From the NCBI GenBank assembly GCA_947064765.1, contig CAMSWH010000001.1:73-64072 (forward strand): a stretch of DNA of 64,000 nucleotides, given 5' to 3'. The DNA comes from an uncultured Clostridium sp. Its GTDB lineage: Bacteria > Bacillota > Clostridia > TANB77 > CAG-508. Positions 30,430-40,917 of this stretch are shown here, piece after piece. The position numbers and the translations under genes are program-made. How positions within the stretch are numbered: the stretch's first letter is position 1; each line of letters starts with the position of its first letter. A model generated the notes under the pieces. It was not told the DNA's origin and ran no database searches. It saw only the letters and a program-made list of their open reading frames with translations.

Positions 30430-32424
30430 TTATATGCTATCAATATCTATTGCTTTTTTTCTTGTATATATACGTCTTCTTGGTAAATCTTTATATAAGT
30501 TTAATATATTTTCCAAGTCGTTTGCAAATTCTCTTAAAGTAACTGTTTTTATATTAACTTCTTTTCCAGCACAATATTCATCAAGAGTTGATTTTAATTC
30601 AGTTATAAAAGGAATTTCAGCTTCAATCTCTCTTCTATATTTTTTAGCTCTTATTAATAACATTTCTTTTATTTTCATTATATCTTCATTACTTGCACAT
30701 GTAATTCTTTGCATCATTTTATTAACATCATAGTAATTTAATATTGGAGTTTTTGAACATTCTGTGGTAAATTTGTCATAAAACACTTCCATTTTCATTG
30801 GTATACACTTGAATATTTCTTCTGCCTTTTCTTTATACATCTTAATTTTTAATTTTCTATTCAATTCATGGAAATGTTGTAATACATCATTCATATCTTC
30901 TCCAACATCAATTCCAATTCTTGAAAGTTCTTCTTCAATATTATCACAATATTCAGATGTTTCAGCAGCTAAATCCATACCCTCTAAGAATATTTCTTTA
31001 ACTTCTTGCATTTCATAAGGTATTAATTTTCTTCTTGAAAAATAACTAAAATATGCAAACAATTTTACAAGCTCAATTAATTTCAAATCTCCATTTTTTA
31101 CATTTGAAATTACTTCTTCTATAACATATGGGAATTGATCATCTGATATTTTCCAATATTCTTCTGTAAGTAATCTTTTATATCCAGGTAATTTTTCAGT
31201 ATCTATTGTTTGAATAATCATTTCCATATCATTTTTAAAAATTTTCATATCAAAAATTCTTGTTCTTACATATACTTCTATAAATTTAAAGAATCTATAT
31301 TCTGATTTAAAATTAAAATAATAATTATTATCAAATTCTTTTATATAGAATTGTCTATTATCCATTAAAACCCTTGAAGAAACTAAAATTGATTTATATT
31401 CTTCATTACTACTAATATTTACAAATTTATCTTTTGTTATTTTTCCTGCTTTTATTTCGAATGATACAGCTATTGTAAATATTAACATAGTTTGTAATAC
31501 TCTTAAATTAGTATTTGGATAAAATTTATTTACTGTTTCAAAAATCTTTTTAAAATCATTTAATGCATGTTTTAAAATTCTAAGGTTTCTAGTTCCTGAT
31601 TTTATAAATGTATTTGTTATTAAATCTGTATGTTCTCTTAAAAATCTAATTAAATCTTCATTTGTCTCATATCTCATTAAAAGTCCATTTATTATATAAT
31701 TAAATTTAGGTGCATATTCAAAAGTTTCACCAATTAATTTTTCTTTTATTCTTTCATAATCATTTGCTTTATCAAATACATATTCTATTTTTTCGCCAAT
31801 TTTTTCAACCATTGGTTTATCAGCTGTAAGCAATGTTCCTTCTTTATCTAAAAGATATGTTGCAATAAACGTTTTCATTTCCAAGTTTGAACTTTTTAAT
31901 TTTGTTGATAATTCTTTTTCATTACAAATTATAATTGTTTTTATATGGTCATGTTCAACAAAGTTATTAATATATCCTAATATATCTATAACATCAACAT
32001 TAGCTCTCTCTAAGTCGTCAAAACATAATACTTTGTCATCTGTTGAGAAAAATTGTGCATAATCCATTTTGTCCCCATTTTGTGTTACGCCAAAAAGATG
32101 TGCCATATCTAATCCTGTTTTTGCATATTCAGGTATAGATGTTTTATCATGAGTAGTCATATATTTTCTCATGTTTTTATCCATAAGCTGTGTTGTTTCT
32201 ATAAATATTTTTTTACTTATATCTTCTAAGTTTGATATCCCATATAATGACATATATATTGTTGTATATTTTTTTCCATTAAATGAAAGTGAATCTATTT
32301 TATTTCTAATTTTGTTATTCCAAAAATAAGTTTTTCCACTTCCCCATTCACCATTTATCATTATTGCATAATCAGTGTAATCAGCTCTTACATAATCTAA
32401 AATACTTTCTACTAAATCTTCCAT
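30430..32424 (-). CDS. KAP-family P-loop NTPase (664 aa)
   Basis: Walker A GEWGSGKTYF is the KAP-specific GxWGxGKT variant. It has a Walker-B-like hhhhDDLE and a long helical C-terminal region. Confidence 0.65.
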   Translation of the reverse strand: MEDLVESILDYVRADYTDYAIMINGEWGSGKTYFWNNKIRNKIDSLSFNGKKYTTIYMSLYGISNLEDISKKIFIETTQLMDKNMRKYMTTHDKTSIPEYAKTGLDMAHLFGVTQNGDKMDYAQFFSTDDKVLCFDDLERANVDVIDILGYINNFVEHDHIKTIIICNEKELSTKLKSSNLEMKTFIATYLLDKEGTLLTADKPMVEKIGEKIEYVFDKANDYERIKEKLIGETFEYAPKFNYIINGLLMRYETNEDLIRFLREHTDLITNTFIKSGTRNLRILKHALNDFKKIFETVNKFYPNTNLRVLQTMLIFTIAVSFEIKAGKITKDKFVNISSNEEYKSILVSSRVLMDNRQFYIKEFDNNYYFNFKSEYRFFKFIEVYVRTRIFDMKIFKNDMEMIIQTIDTEKLPGYKRLLTEEYWKISDDQFPYVIEEVISNVKNGDLKLIELVKLFAYFSYFSRRKLIPYEMQEVKEIFLEGMDLAAETSEYCDNIEEELSRIGIDVGEDMNDVLQHFHELNRKLKIKMYKEKAEEIFKCIPMKMEVFYDKFTTECSKTPILNYYDVNKMMQRITCASNEDIMKIKEMLLIRAKKYRREIEAEIPFITELKSTLDEYCAGKEVNIKTVTLREFANDLENILNLYKDLPRRRIYTRKKAIDIDSI

Positions 32425-32529
32425 TTAATCCTCCCTATAACTTACTTTGTTCATACATAATTCAAATTTTTTTAATTTTTAAAGCCATAAAACAAAATAG
32501 GTCTTTTTTTGTAACCATATATTAAAGTA

Positions 32530-33243
32530 TTAGTCTTTTGCTATTACTATAACTAATATTTCCTTTGCTCCAGCTTCTTTTAGTTTTTTTGATATTTCAT
32601 TTACTGTTGCTCCTGTTGTATATATATCATCAAACAAAATTATTTTCTTATCTAATACTTTTCTTTTTTCATTAATAATATATGCATCTCTTATATTATC
32701 TTTTCTTTCTTCTTTTTTTAATGTACTTTGAGTTTTTGTATTTTTAATCTTTTTTAATAAGTTTTCTTCATACAAAATCTCTTGATTTTCTGCTACTAAT
32801 TTTGCTATTAATTCTGTTTGATTATATCCTCTCTTCTGCTTTTTTATTTTCTCCATTGGAACTGAAATTATTATATCATATAATTTTAAAATTTCGTAAA
32901 GTTTTTTATTATTTAAGATTTGATTTGAAAAAAAGTTAGATAAATATGGCTTAGAACCAAACTTATATTTTAATATATATTTTCTAATAATACTTTTGTA
33001 CTCAAAACAATATAATAACTTTTCCCAATATATTTTTTCACCCTGCACAAAATAATACTTTTGTTTTAAATTAACATTCTGAATATTTAATTTATCAATA
33101 ATCCTTTTCCTATTATCAATAATTCCAAATTTTTTATATTTATAAAATCTTTTTTCACATTTTTCACATATATAATTTCTATTTAATTTCCCACAGATTA
33201 CGCATGTTTGTGGAAATAAAAAATTGAGAACAAACTCAAGCAT
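32530..33243 (-). CDS. comFC: ComF-family protein (ComFC-like, phosphoribosyltransferase fold with an N-terminal zinc ribbon)
   Basis: CVICGKL...CEKCEKRF zinc ribbon and a C-terminal PRTase motif IILFDDIYTTGATVNEISKKL. The start was set at MLEF after an AAAGGAGC RBS. Confidence 0.65.
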   Translation of the reverse strand: MLEFVLNFLFPQTCVICGKLNRNYICEKCEKRFYKYKKFGIIDNRKRIIDKLNIQNVNLKQKYYFVQGEKIYWEKLLYCFEYKSIIRKYILKYKFGSKPYLSNFFSNQILNNKKLYEILKLYDIIISVPMEKIKKQKRGYNQTELIAKLVAENQEILYEENLLKKIKNTKTQSTLKKEERKDNIRDAYIINEKRKVLDKKIILFDDIYTTGATVNEISKKLKEAGAKEILVIVIAKD

Positions 33244-33281
33244 TTTTGCTCCTTTCTTTGCCCCCAATTTTATTTAAAATT

Positions 33282-35969
33282 TTATTTTTTTAAGCTTTCC
33301 AATCTTTCTTCTACATTGATAAGCATTTGTTTATAATTTTCAAGTTTTGCTTTTTCCTCATTAACTTTTGCTTCTGGTGCTTTATTTACAAAACCTGGAT
33401 TTGATAGCATCTTCTCTCCTCTTGTAACTTCTGCTTCCAATTTTGTTTTTTCGTCTTGTAATCTTTTTATTTCCTCTTCAATATCAACTAATTCTTCAAA
33501 TGGTATAAAAACTTTTAAATCATCTACAACTATTGAAACTGCATTTTTAGGAACTTCCTCTTCAGCTTTTATAATAACTATTTCATTTGCAAATCCTAAT
33601 TTTAATAAAAATTCTTCTGCTTCTTTTATTTCATTTTCTATTGCATTTGACATTATTAATAATTTTGATTTTTTAGATGGATGAACATTCATTTTTGTTC
33701 TAATATTTCTAATTTCAACAATTACTCTTTTTAATTTCTCTATAGTATCTTCTTCTTTATCAAAAACAAATCTTTCTCTTATATCTGGCCATTTTGCTAC
33801 CATTAAATCAGGTGTTCCAAAATAAATTAAATTTGAATATATTTCTGATGTAACAAATGGCATAAATGGATGTAATAATTTTAATGAAGAAGCAAATACA
33901 TGATTTAGTACATCTGTTACAGCTACTTTTGTGTTCTCATCTTCACTATAAATTCTTGGTTTTACCATTTCTATATACCAATCACAAAACTCATTCCAAA
34001 TAAAACTATATATTTTGTCAAGTGCAATTCCTAAATCATAATTATCAAGATTTTTACTAACATCTACTACTAATTTATCAAGTTTATTTAAAATCCATTT
34101 ATCTTCAATTCTCAATAATTCTGGATTATAAGCTTTTTCTTTTTCAAAAACTTCATAGCAAAATTCTCTTACTTTTTCTTCATCTGCTGAATTCATTGTA
34201 ATAAATTTAGCCGCATTCCATATTTTATTTGCAAAATTTGATGCTTGCTCTAACTTTTCAGGCATAAATCTAATATCATTTCCCATTGTTGTACCTGAAA
34301 GTAATGAAAATCTTAAACTATCTGCTCCATATTTATCTATAATTTCTAGTGGATCTATACCATTTCCTAAAGTTTTAGACATCTTTCTTCCTTGACTATC
34401 TCTAACTATTCCATGTATTAAAATATCTTTAAATGGTACTTCTCCTGTAAATTCTAGGCCTTGTGTCATCATTCTTGAAATCCAGAAAGTTATAATATCA
34501 AATCCTGTTACTAAAGTTTGTGTTGGATAGAATTCTTTATAATCTTCTGATTCTGTATTTGGCCAACCTAGTGTAGAAAATGGCCATAATGCAGAACTAA
34601 ACCAAGTATCTAAAGTATCTGGATCTTGAACTAAATTTGTACTTCCACATTTTTCACATTTTTCTGGTAGCTTTTTAGCTACAGTAATATGATTACATTC
34701 TTTGCAAGTATATGCTGGTATTCTATGTCCCCACCATAATTGACGAGAAATACACCAATCTTGTATATTATCTAACCAATGAAAATATTGTTTTTCATAT
34801 CTTTGAGGAACAAACTTTGCTTCTCCATTTCTTACACTATCTGCTGCTCTTTTAGCTAAATCTTTCATACTTACAAACCATTGCTCTGAGATTTTGGGTT
34901 CTATAGTATTTTTACATCTTTCGCATTTTGCTACATTATGTGTATAATCTTCTGTTCTTACTAATGCTCCTATTTCATCTAATCTTTTAACAATTGCTTT
35001 TCTTGCATCTAATAAATCCATACCTGTATATTCTGGTACTAAATTTCCCATTTTAAAGTGTTCATCAAATACTTCAATTATTTCTAAATTATGACGTAAT
35101 CCTGCTTGATAATCATTCATATCATGTGCTGGTGTGATTTTAACACAACCTGTTCCAAATTCCATTTCAACAAATTCATCTGCAATTATTGGTATTTCTT
35201 TATTCATTATTGGAAGTATACAAGTTTTTCCAACTAAATCTTTATATCTTTTATCATCTGGATGAACTGCAACTGCTGTATCTCCAAGCATTGTTTCTGG
35301 TCTTGTTGTTGCTACTTCAATATAATCATTTTCTGTTCCTGTTATTTTATATCTAATATGCCATAAATGTGATGCTTCTTCTTTATATTCAACTTCTGCA
35401 TCTGAAATTGATGTATTACAACTTGTACACCAATTTACCATTCTTTTTCCTTTATATATTAATCCTTTTTCATACAATTTAACAAATTGCTCTAAAACTG
35501 CGTCTGACATTCCTTCATCTAAAGTAAATCTGTTTCTATCCCAATCACAAGAACATCCCAATTTTCTTTGTTGCTCTTGAATAATTCCACCATATTGTTT
35601 AGTCCAATTCCATGCTTCTTCTAAAAACTTATCTCTTCCTAAATCTTTTTTAGATTTTCCTTCTTTTGTAAGTTTTTGTACTACTTTCATTTCTGTTGAA
35701 ATTGATGCATGATCTGTTCCCGGAAGCCATAGTGTTTTAAATCTTCTCATTCTCTTATATCTAATTAAAATATCTTGTATTGCTCCATCAAGTGCATGCC
35801 CCATATGCAATTTTCCTGTTACATTAGGAGGTGGCATCATTATACAATAAGTTTCCCCATTATTTTGTTCTGATGGCTTAAAATATCCTTTTTCTTCCCA
35901 CTCCTTATATAATCTGTCCTCAAAATCTTTTGGATTAAATTTGTCATTTAGTTTTGTTTTTTCACTCAT
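33282..35969 (-). CDS. valS: Valine--tRNA ligase
   Basis: PPPNVTGKLHMGHALD (HIGH region), a KMSKS motif and a C-terminal coiled coil; 895 aa. Confidence 0.95.
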   Translation of the reverse strand: MSEKTKLNDKFNPKDFEDRLYKEWEEKGYFKPSEQNNGETYCIMMPPPNVTGKLHMGHALDGAIQDILIRYKRMRRFKTLWLPGTDHASISTEMKVVQKLTKEGKSKKDLGRDKFLEEAWNWTKQYGGIIQEQQRKLGCSCDWDRNRFTLDEGMSDAVLEQFVKLYEKGLIYKGKRMVNWCTSCNTSISDAEVEYKEEASHLWHIRYKITGTENDYIEVATTRPETMLGDTAVAVHPDDKRYKDLVGKTCILPIMNKEIPIIADEFVEMEFGTGCVKITPAHDMNDYQAGLRHNLEIIEVFDEHFKMGNLVPEYTGMDLLDARKAIVKRLDEIGALVRTEDYTHNVAKCERCKNTIEPKISEQWFVSMKDLAKRAADSVRNGEAKFVPQRYEKQYFHWLDNIQDWCISRQLWWGHRIPAYTCKECNHITVAKKLPEKCEKCGSTNLVQDPDTLDTWFSSALWPFSTLGWPNTESEDYKEFYPTQTLVTGFDIITFWISRMMTQGLEFTGEVPFKDILIHGIVRDSQGRKMSKTLGNGIDPLEIIDKYGADSLRFSLLSGTTMGNDIRFMPEKLEQASNFANKIWNAAKFITMNSADEEKVREFCYEVFEKEKAYNPELLRIEDKWILNKLDKLVVDVSKNLDNYDLGIALDKIYSFIWNEFCDWYIEMVKPRIYSEDENTKVAVTDVLNHVFASSLKLLHPFMPFVTSEIYSNLIYFGTPDLMVAKWPDIRERFVFDKEEDTIEKLKRVIVEIRNIRTKMNVHPSKKSKLLIMSNAIENEIKEAEEFLLKLGFANEIVIIKAEEEVPKNAVSIVVDDLKVFIPFEELVDIEEEIKRLQDEKTKLEAEVTRGEKMLSNPGFVNKAPEAKVNEEKAKLENYKQMLINVEERLESLKK

Positions 35970-36074
35970 ACAATAATACCTCCTAAAATTTTATTTCTTT
36001 TATACTTATTAAATATACATATATGCTATTATAATTTAATTTTAATGATCTCAATATAAATATAATTATAATAC

Positions 36075-36320
36075 AAAAAAGCCCTTATACTTACGTATAA
36101 GGGCGAATATTTACCACGGTACCACCTTATTTATCTATTTTAATTAATTAAAATAAACATCTCTTAGATTTTAACGTATCTTACACGAATATACTTAAAG
36201 TTAATTTCAGTATATCAACTCCAAAGCTACCTTCAAACAAACCTTACTATTTAAGAAGCTCTCAGCCTATGACTTCTTTTCTCTTTATAGAGCTTTTGTT
36301 TTACTCCTCTTTTTCATAGT
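36075..36320 (-). promoter_or_regulatory. T-box riboswitch leader of valS (approximate bounds)
   Basis: On the minus strand AAGGTGGTACCGTGG (T-box) is followed by the terminator GCCCTTATACGTAAGTATAAGGGC plus TTTTTT; an AGAGA-containing stem I lies upstream. Confidence 0.8.
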
Positions 36321-36538
36321 TTTTAAATTATATTTAATATATTAACATAATTTTCTAAGTAAATCAAGAGTTATTTTATAATATTTTAACCTCTTTTTGA
36401 TACTAAAAAAAATTATTAGTACCATCAAAACTTTTATTTAATAGAAAATATGTAATATTTCAATTAAATAAGAAAAGAGTGCCAGATAATTCTGACACTC
36501 TCTTCTTATTTTCTCATAAAATTCTTTATCAATATTAT

Positions 36539-37906
36539 TTATTCATCTAATAGTACTTTTTTTAATCTTGCTTTCAACATATTTTTTGTTTCAAAGTACT
36601 CAGCAAAAACATTATATGCAAATTCCAAAAATTCTTTTGTATAAATGCTATTCATTTTCACTTTTATCTTTTCGATCAAAAAATTGTCTCGTGCTTGAAC
36701 AATTTCTTCAAGCATTTCTTCTAGCAAATCTGTAAAATTCATCTTTAAGTCAGTATCAACTCCCGCAATATATTCATATTTTCTCCTTGCTTCAGGAAGC
36801 AAAAAGATATACGGTAGCTTTTCTAAGCAAGACATTGCTTCTATATAACTTTTCAAAATTGGCTTGAAATCCTCTGTTGGAGCATTATAAGTAGTGCAGA
36901 AATTATATCTTTTCTTGATATACTCCAACCTAGATTTTCTTACCTCTTGAGAAGGAAGATTTGGAAGCAAAGCAGCCTTTGTGTTAATAACTGGTTCGTA
37001 ACTTGCAACACCAATATCTGCAAACATACCTGAATCCAAAAAATCAACTAATTCTTTAAATTCTTTCTCTGTCTCCCCTGGAAAACCAACAATGACTTCT
37101 GTCGATAATATCAAATCTGATCTTTTTTCAAGCAGTTTAGATACTCTCTCTTTTACAAACTCAAAAGTAGGTCTATTCATACTTTTCAAAATATCATTAT
37201 TGGTATGCTGGATATGTAACATGATTTCTACAACATTTTTGCATCTTGTAATCGTATTTATGAAATCATCTGTTAATCCAGCTGGATGAAACCATCCTAT
37301 CACGTATTTAGAATTAGGATATTGAGTGCTAATATTTTCAATCAACTCTGAAATCTTGTAAGTACCATATAAATCAGTTCCATAGTCGGAGGTTTCCAAT
37401 GCTCCTGTAATATAAATAACAGTTTCATTTTCATAAATCTCCTCAACTTCTCTTAATACTTCTTCCATCGGTTTACTTCTATAATTTGCATCTATCAATG
37501 GATATACGCAATATGAACACTTTTTTCGGCATCCTGTACTAATAATTATCTGGTTTTGTGGTATAAACTTTTTTGTAACTTTTGGCTTTCCAATCATTAG
37601 CTGTAATTCCTCAAAAGTTTTAACACATATTCTTGGAATAGCCTTAAGTTCTTGAGCATTAGTTTTTACAAGACAACCACTAACAATTACCTTGCTATCT
37701 GGCTTAGAGTTTCTAACTACATCAGCAATAACTCTCATGCTATACTCTCTTTTATTTCCGAAAGCACATGTCATTATAATAGTAACATCAGCCTTTGTAT
37801 AATCAGAAACTATCTCATAACCATTTTGAACCATTCCAGAAATTAAACTGTTTGCCTTATCTAGATCCATATGCATTTCACTACACAAAACAATGGCAAC
37901 TTTCAT
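36539..37906 (-). CDS. Radical-SAM methylthiotransferase (MiaB/RimO MTTase family)-like enzyme lacking a TRAM domain
   Basis: The N-terminal MTTase domain has three spaced Cys residues (about positions 8, 46 and 77). The radical-SAM CxxxCxxC motif is GCRKKCSYCVYP. The roughly 120-aa C-terminus is helical with no TRAM. The gene lies 12 nt downstream of the preceding gene. Confidence 0.65.
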   Translation of the reverse strand: MKVAIVLCSEMHMDLDKANSLISGMVQNGYEIVSDYTKADVTIIMTCAFGNKREYSMRVIADVVRNSKPDSKVIVSGCLVKTNAQELKAIPRICVKTFEELQLMIGKPKVTKKFIPQNQIIISTGCRKKCSYCVYPLIDANYRSKPMEEVLREVEEIYENETVIYITGALETSDYGTDLYGTYKISELIENISTQYPNSKYVIGWFHPAGLTDDFINTITRCKNVVEIMLHIQHTNNDILKSMNRPTFEFVKERVSKLLEKRSDLILSTEVIVGFPGETEKEFKELVDFLDSGMFADIGVASYEPVINTKAALLPNLPSQEVRKSRLEYIKKRYNFCTTYNAPTEDFKPILKSYIEAMSCLEKLPYIFLLPEARRKYEYIAGVDTDLKMNFTDLLEEMLEEIVQARDNFLIEKIKVKMNSIYTKEFLEFAYNVFAEYFETKNMLKARLKKVLLDE

Positions 37907-37918
37907 ATGAACTCTCCT

Positions 37919-38491
37919 TTAGACAGGCATAGTTATTTTTATATAATAATTATAATTCTCATCATTGGATGCTTCATACGTTCCTCCATGTTCTAATACC
38001 CATCCTCTTGCATCTATGACTTTATTACCCTCTTTATAAGCATAAAAAGCAAATGGATTCTTTAAAAAGCACAATATTGCTCTAAAATCATCAAAATACA
38101 TAATTGAACGGACTCCATTCAAACTATATACCTTATTGGTAGCAACATGGACTGAATTGACATAAATTTTATATTCATATCCATCACTTCCTTTATTTAT
38201 TAGAAATCTCTCAAATTGTTCTTCAGCAAGTTTAACTTTCAAGGGCTTTAATATATTCTGATATTCTAAATATGCCTGGATTTTTTCAGCAATGCTATCA
38301 TTAACAACTAAATCATTTTTTCCTGTGGCATCCCATTCATAAAATATCTGCTCTAATTCTGCTGAAGTAATCACAACTTCGCCACCTGCAGTATTTATAA
38401 TTTTGCTCACAGATTGAGTCACCAAATTCTGCTGTACTTCCTGCTGGACATCAGCTTTTGGCTGTTCTTCTGGTATAATTTTTCTTGACAT
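37919..38491 (-). CDS. Hypothetical soluble protein (190 aa), third gene of the AAA+ operon
   Basis: Its start overlaps the stop of the upstream gene (translational coupling). It shares the operon's elevated GC. Confidence 0.5.
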   Translation of the reverse strand: MSRKIIPEEQPKADVQQEVQQNLVTQSVSKIINTAGGEVVITSAELEQIFYEWDATGKNDLVVNDSIAEKIQAYLEYQNILKPLKVKLAEEQFERFLINKGSDGYEYKIYVNSVHVATNKVYSLNGVRSIMYFDDFRAILCFLKNPFAFYAYKEGNKVIDARGWVLEHGGTYEASNDENYNYYIKITMPV

Positions 38492-38492
38492 A

Positions 38493-39071
38493 TTACTCCT
38501 CCTCTACATAGTAGTTATTTACATACTCGTAGCCTTCATTTCTTTCAGGTAAATACATCTCCATTGTTTCTTTAAAGCTTTCTGTGCTTCCCAGAGCCTC
38601 CTCAAGATCTCTAAATTTCATGCATCCCTGTCCCGGAAATCCTGACGTTTTTATTTCAGTTTTTCCTCCTGAATAACATACAACAGAAATCTGCCCACCA
38701 GATTCCTCATCAGTTAATGTAAGCGTTATCATACCTTTTTCTTCATTTTCTGTAACAGAAAGACCTCTTTGAAAGGCCTCAATTTTTACCTTTTCAGCAG
38801 AATACTGCTGAAGCAAAATTCCAGCATTTTTGCCTACATATCTTGAAACTTCACCGTCATACATGTCCGCTTTTACTTCATATTCCTCATTCTTCAGGTT
38901 AAGAGCAATATCATACTTTCCCGGAAGCTTAACTACCAAATCCGCCATTTCAGCACCATAATAATAACGTGCCTTAGAATGTTCATTAAGTAAAAATCCC
39001 ATTTTGGAAACGGCTGCCTGAAGGGCTTCTCTGTCCTTTATTTGTGTTGCAATTCTTGTAAAATGACTCAT
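38493..39071 (-). CDS. Hypothetical soluble protein (192 aa), second gene of the AAA+ operon; possibly Ycf35/DUF1257-like
   Basis: The N-terminus MSHFTRIATQIKDREALQAAVSKMGF recalls cyanobacterial Ycf35-type proteins, but this rests on memory only. It overlaps the AAA+ gene stop by 4 nt. Confidence 0.45.
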   Translation of the reverse strand: MSHFTRIATQIKDREALQAAVSKMGFLLNEHSKARYYYGAEMADLVVKLPGKYDIALNLKNEEYEVKADMYDGEVSRYVGKNAGILLQQYSAEKVKIEAFQRGLSVTENEEKGMITLTLTDEESGGQISVVCYSGGKTEIKTSGFPGQGCMKFRDLEEALGSTESFKETMEMYLPERNEGYEYVNNYYVEEE

Positions 39072-39074
39072 CTT

Positions 39075-40652
39075 TTATTCCTCCTTACTGGTGTCTTTAT
39101 CCTGCTGAATAAATCTCTGTCTTGTAACAATCTCCTCATCAACCTGCTGAGCAGTATTAGCCTTACTGATTCCCACTACATTACTCCACTTTCTAAGAGA
39201 CTCAATTTGTTCCTTCATCATGCCCTTTGCCATAGGATTAATCATTTTGATTGCTTCAATAATACATTCTGTTGTGAGTTTTTTATTCTCACTATTCCAG
39301 CTATTATAGAGTGCATCTACAATTCCCTGCTCAATTTCAGCACCTGTGTAATCTTCAGACTCATTAACTAACATATCCAAATCAAAATCTGCTGAATCTC
39401 TCTTATATTTTTTGAGCTGGATAGAAAATATCTCTTTTCTTTCCTCTTTTGACGGCAAATCAACAAAAAAGATCTCATCAAATCTGCCCTTTCTCAAAAA
39501 CTCTGGTGGAAGTTCAGATATGCTATTAGCCGTGGCAATTACAAATACCGGCGCCTTCTTCTCCTGCATCCATGTAAGGATAGTTCCAAACATACGAGAT
39601 GTTACTCCTGAGTCTGTTTTTCCGCTTGATTGAATTCCTGACAATCCTTTCTCTATTTCATCAATCCACAGGATTGCCGGTGACATAGCTTCTGCAGTTT
39701 GCAAAGCACGCCGTGTATTAGACTCTGTATCACCTACAAGAGATCCAAACAGTTTTCCAATATCAAGCTTCAGCAACGGTTTCTGCCATAAATTAGCAAG
39801 AGCCTTAGCACTCAAACTTTTACCACATCCTGGAATACCTATGAGCAAAGTGCCCTTTGGATATGGAATACCGTATTCCTGTGCTTCATGAGAATATGCC
39901 GACAGTCTCTTAGTTGCCCAAGAAGTAAAATTCTTCATACCGCCAACACTCTCCAGAGTCTCTTCAGAAGACAAATACTCAAGTAAACCACCACTACAAA
40001 TCGTTTGTTCTTTAACATGGTTGATCAGCTTAACATCAAATCTGCCATACTTAGCAATTGATGTAGCATACGCGTTCTCTGCCTCATTAATAGTAAGTCC
40101 TAACGCTGCTTCTACAAGATCCGCTGTATTATTCGGGAGTGCAACTTTAAAATTTGTTGACATTTCTGTTAACTTGTTACCTAATTCCTCCCGTGTTGGT
40201 AATGGAAGTGTTGTTACAATAACTTCCCTCTTAAGTTCTGGAGGAATGTTAAACTCTATACTGGCAAATACATAAGTCACACCAATCGCCTTGGCAATTT
40301 TAAATACATCTTTTGCCCGCCTCCAAACATTTGATGTCTTAACAAATGAATGAAAATCCAGCATAAGAAAAATCTTTCCATTGATTCCCATGTCTTTGAG
40401 TCCTGCTTCAAGCGCCTTTACCGGATCTGTTACTACCTGCTGTTTGTTGGTAATCTCATTCTCAACATCTCTATTTGTCATCTTGGAATAATCTTTAACC
40501 TGCTTCTGAACACCTCCAGTTAAAGTCCAATATTCAAAACTCTTGTTGAGTTTTTTGGCCAAATTGCTGCACTCAAACAGTGCTCTTTCTTCCTCAGCCG
40601 TTGTAAGAATGATTGCCGGATATCCTGCTCTTACGAAGTTCTCCATTTCCAT
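39075..40652 (-). CDS. AAA+ ATPase with a large N-terminal domain (Ycf46-like architecture)
   Basis: Walker A GIPGCGKSLSAKALA, Walker B AILWIDEIEKG and a second region of homology with FLRKGRFDEIFFVDLP (classic AAA clade). 525 aa, with an AGAGGAAG RBS 7 nt before the ATG. Confidence 0.7.
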   Translation of the reverse strand: MEMENFVRAGYPAIILTTAEEERALFECSNLAKKLNKSFEYWTLTGGVQKQVKDYSKMTNRDVENEITNKQQVVTDPVKALEAGLKDMGINGKIFLMLDFHSFVKTSNVWRRAKDVFKIAKAIGVTYVFASIEFNIPPELKREVIVTTLPLPTREELGNKLTEMSTNFKVALPNNTADLVEAALGLTINEAENAYATSIAKYGRFDVKLINHVKEQTICSGGLLEYLSSEETLESVGGMKNFTSWATKRLSAYSHEAQEYGIPYPKGTLLIGIPGCGKSLSAKALANLWQKPLLKLDIGKLFGSLVGDTESNTRRALQTAEAMSPAILWIDEIEKGLSGIQSSGKTDSGVTSRMFGTILTWMQEKKAPVFVIATANSISELPPEFLRKGRFDEIFFVDLPSKEERKEIFSIQLKKYKRDSADFDLDMLVNESEDYTGAEIEQGIVDALYNSWNSENKKLTTECIIEAIKMINPMAKGMMKEQIESLRKWSNVVGISKANTAQQVDEEIVTRQRFIQQDKDTSKEE

Positions 40653-40917
40653 AAATGCTTCCTCTCTTTCTTTTTATAAAATTTTCAATGTGCTGTACTA
40701 CTATTTGAATTGACATATTGATAAAATTAACTTAACATTATAATCGAATTTGATATTAATATAAGTTAATCTCTGTCAAATACATATAATTACAATTTAT
40801 ATTATACCATTTTTCTAAATAATTGTAAACATTTTATGTAAATTTATAAATAAAACAGTAATCTATGTATAATTAACCTAGATTACTGTTTATTATTAAA
40901 CTTTAACTTTCATAACT

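Noticed and set aside
39042-40275. Plus-strand ORFs (109, 73, 84 aa) within the AAA+ operon
   Set aside because: They are antisense to a strongly supported AAA+ ATPase gene with clear Walker motifs. They are frame-shadow ORFs.
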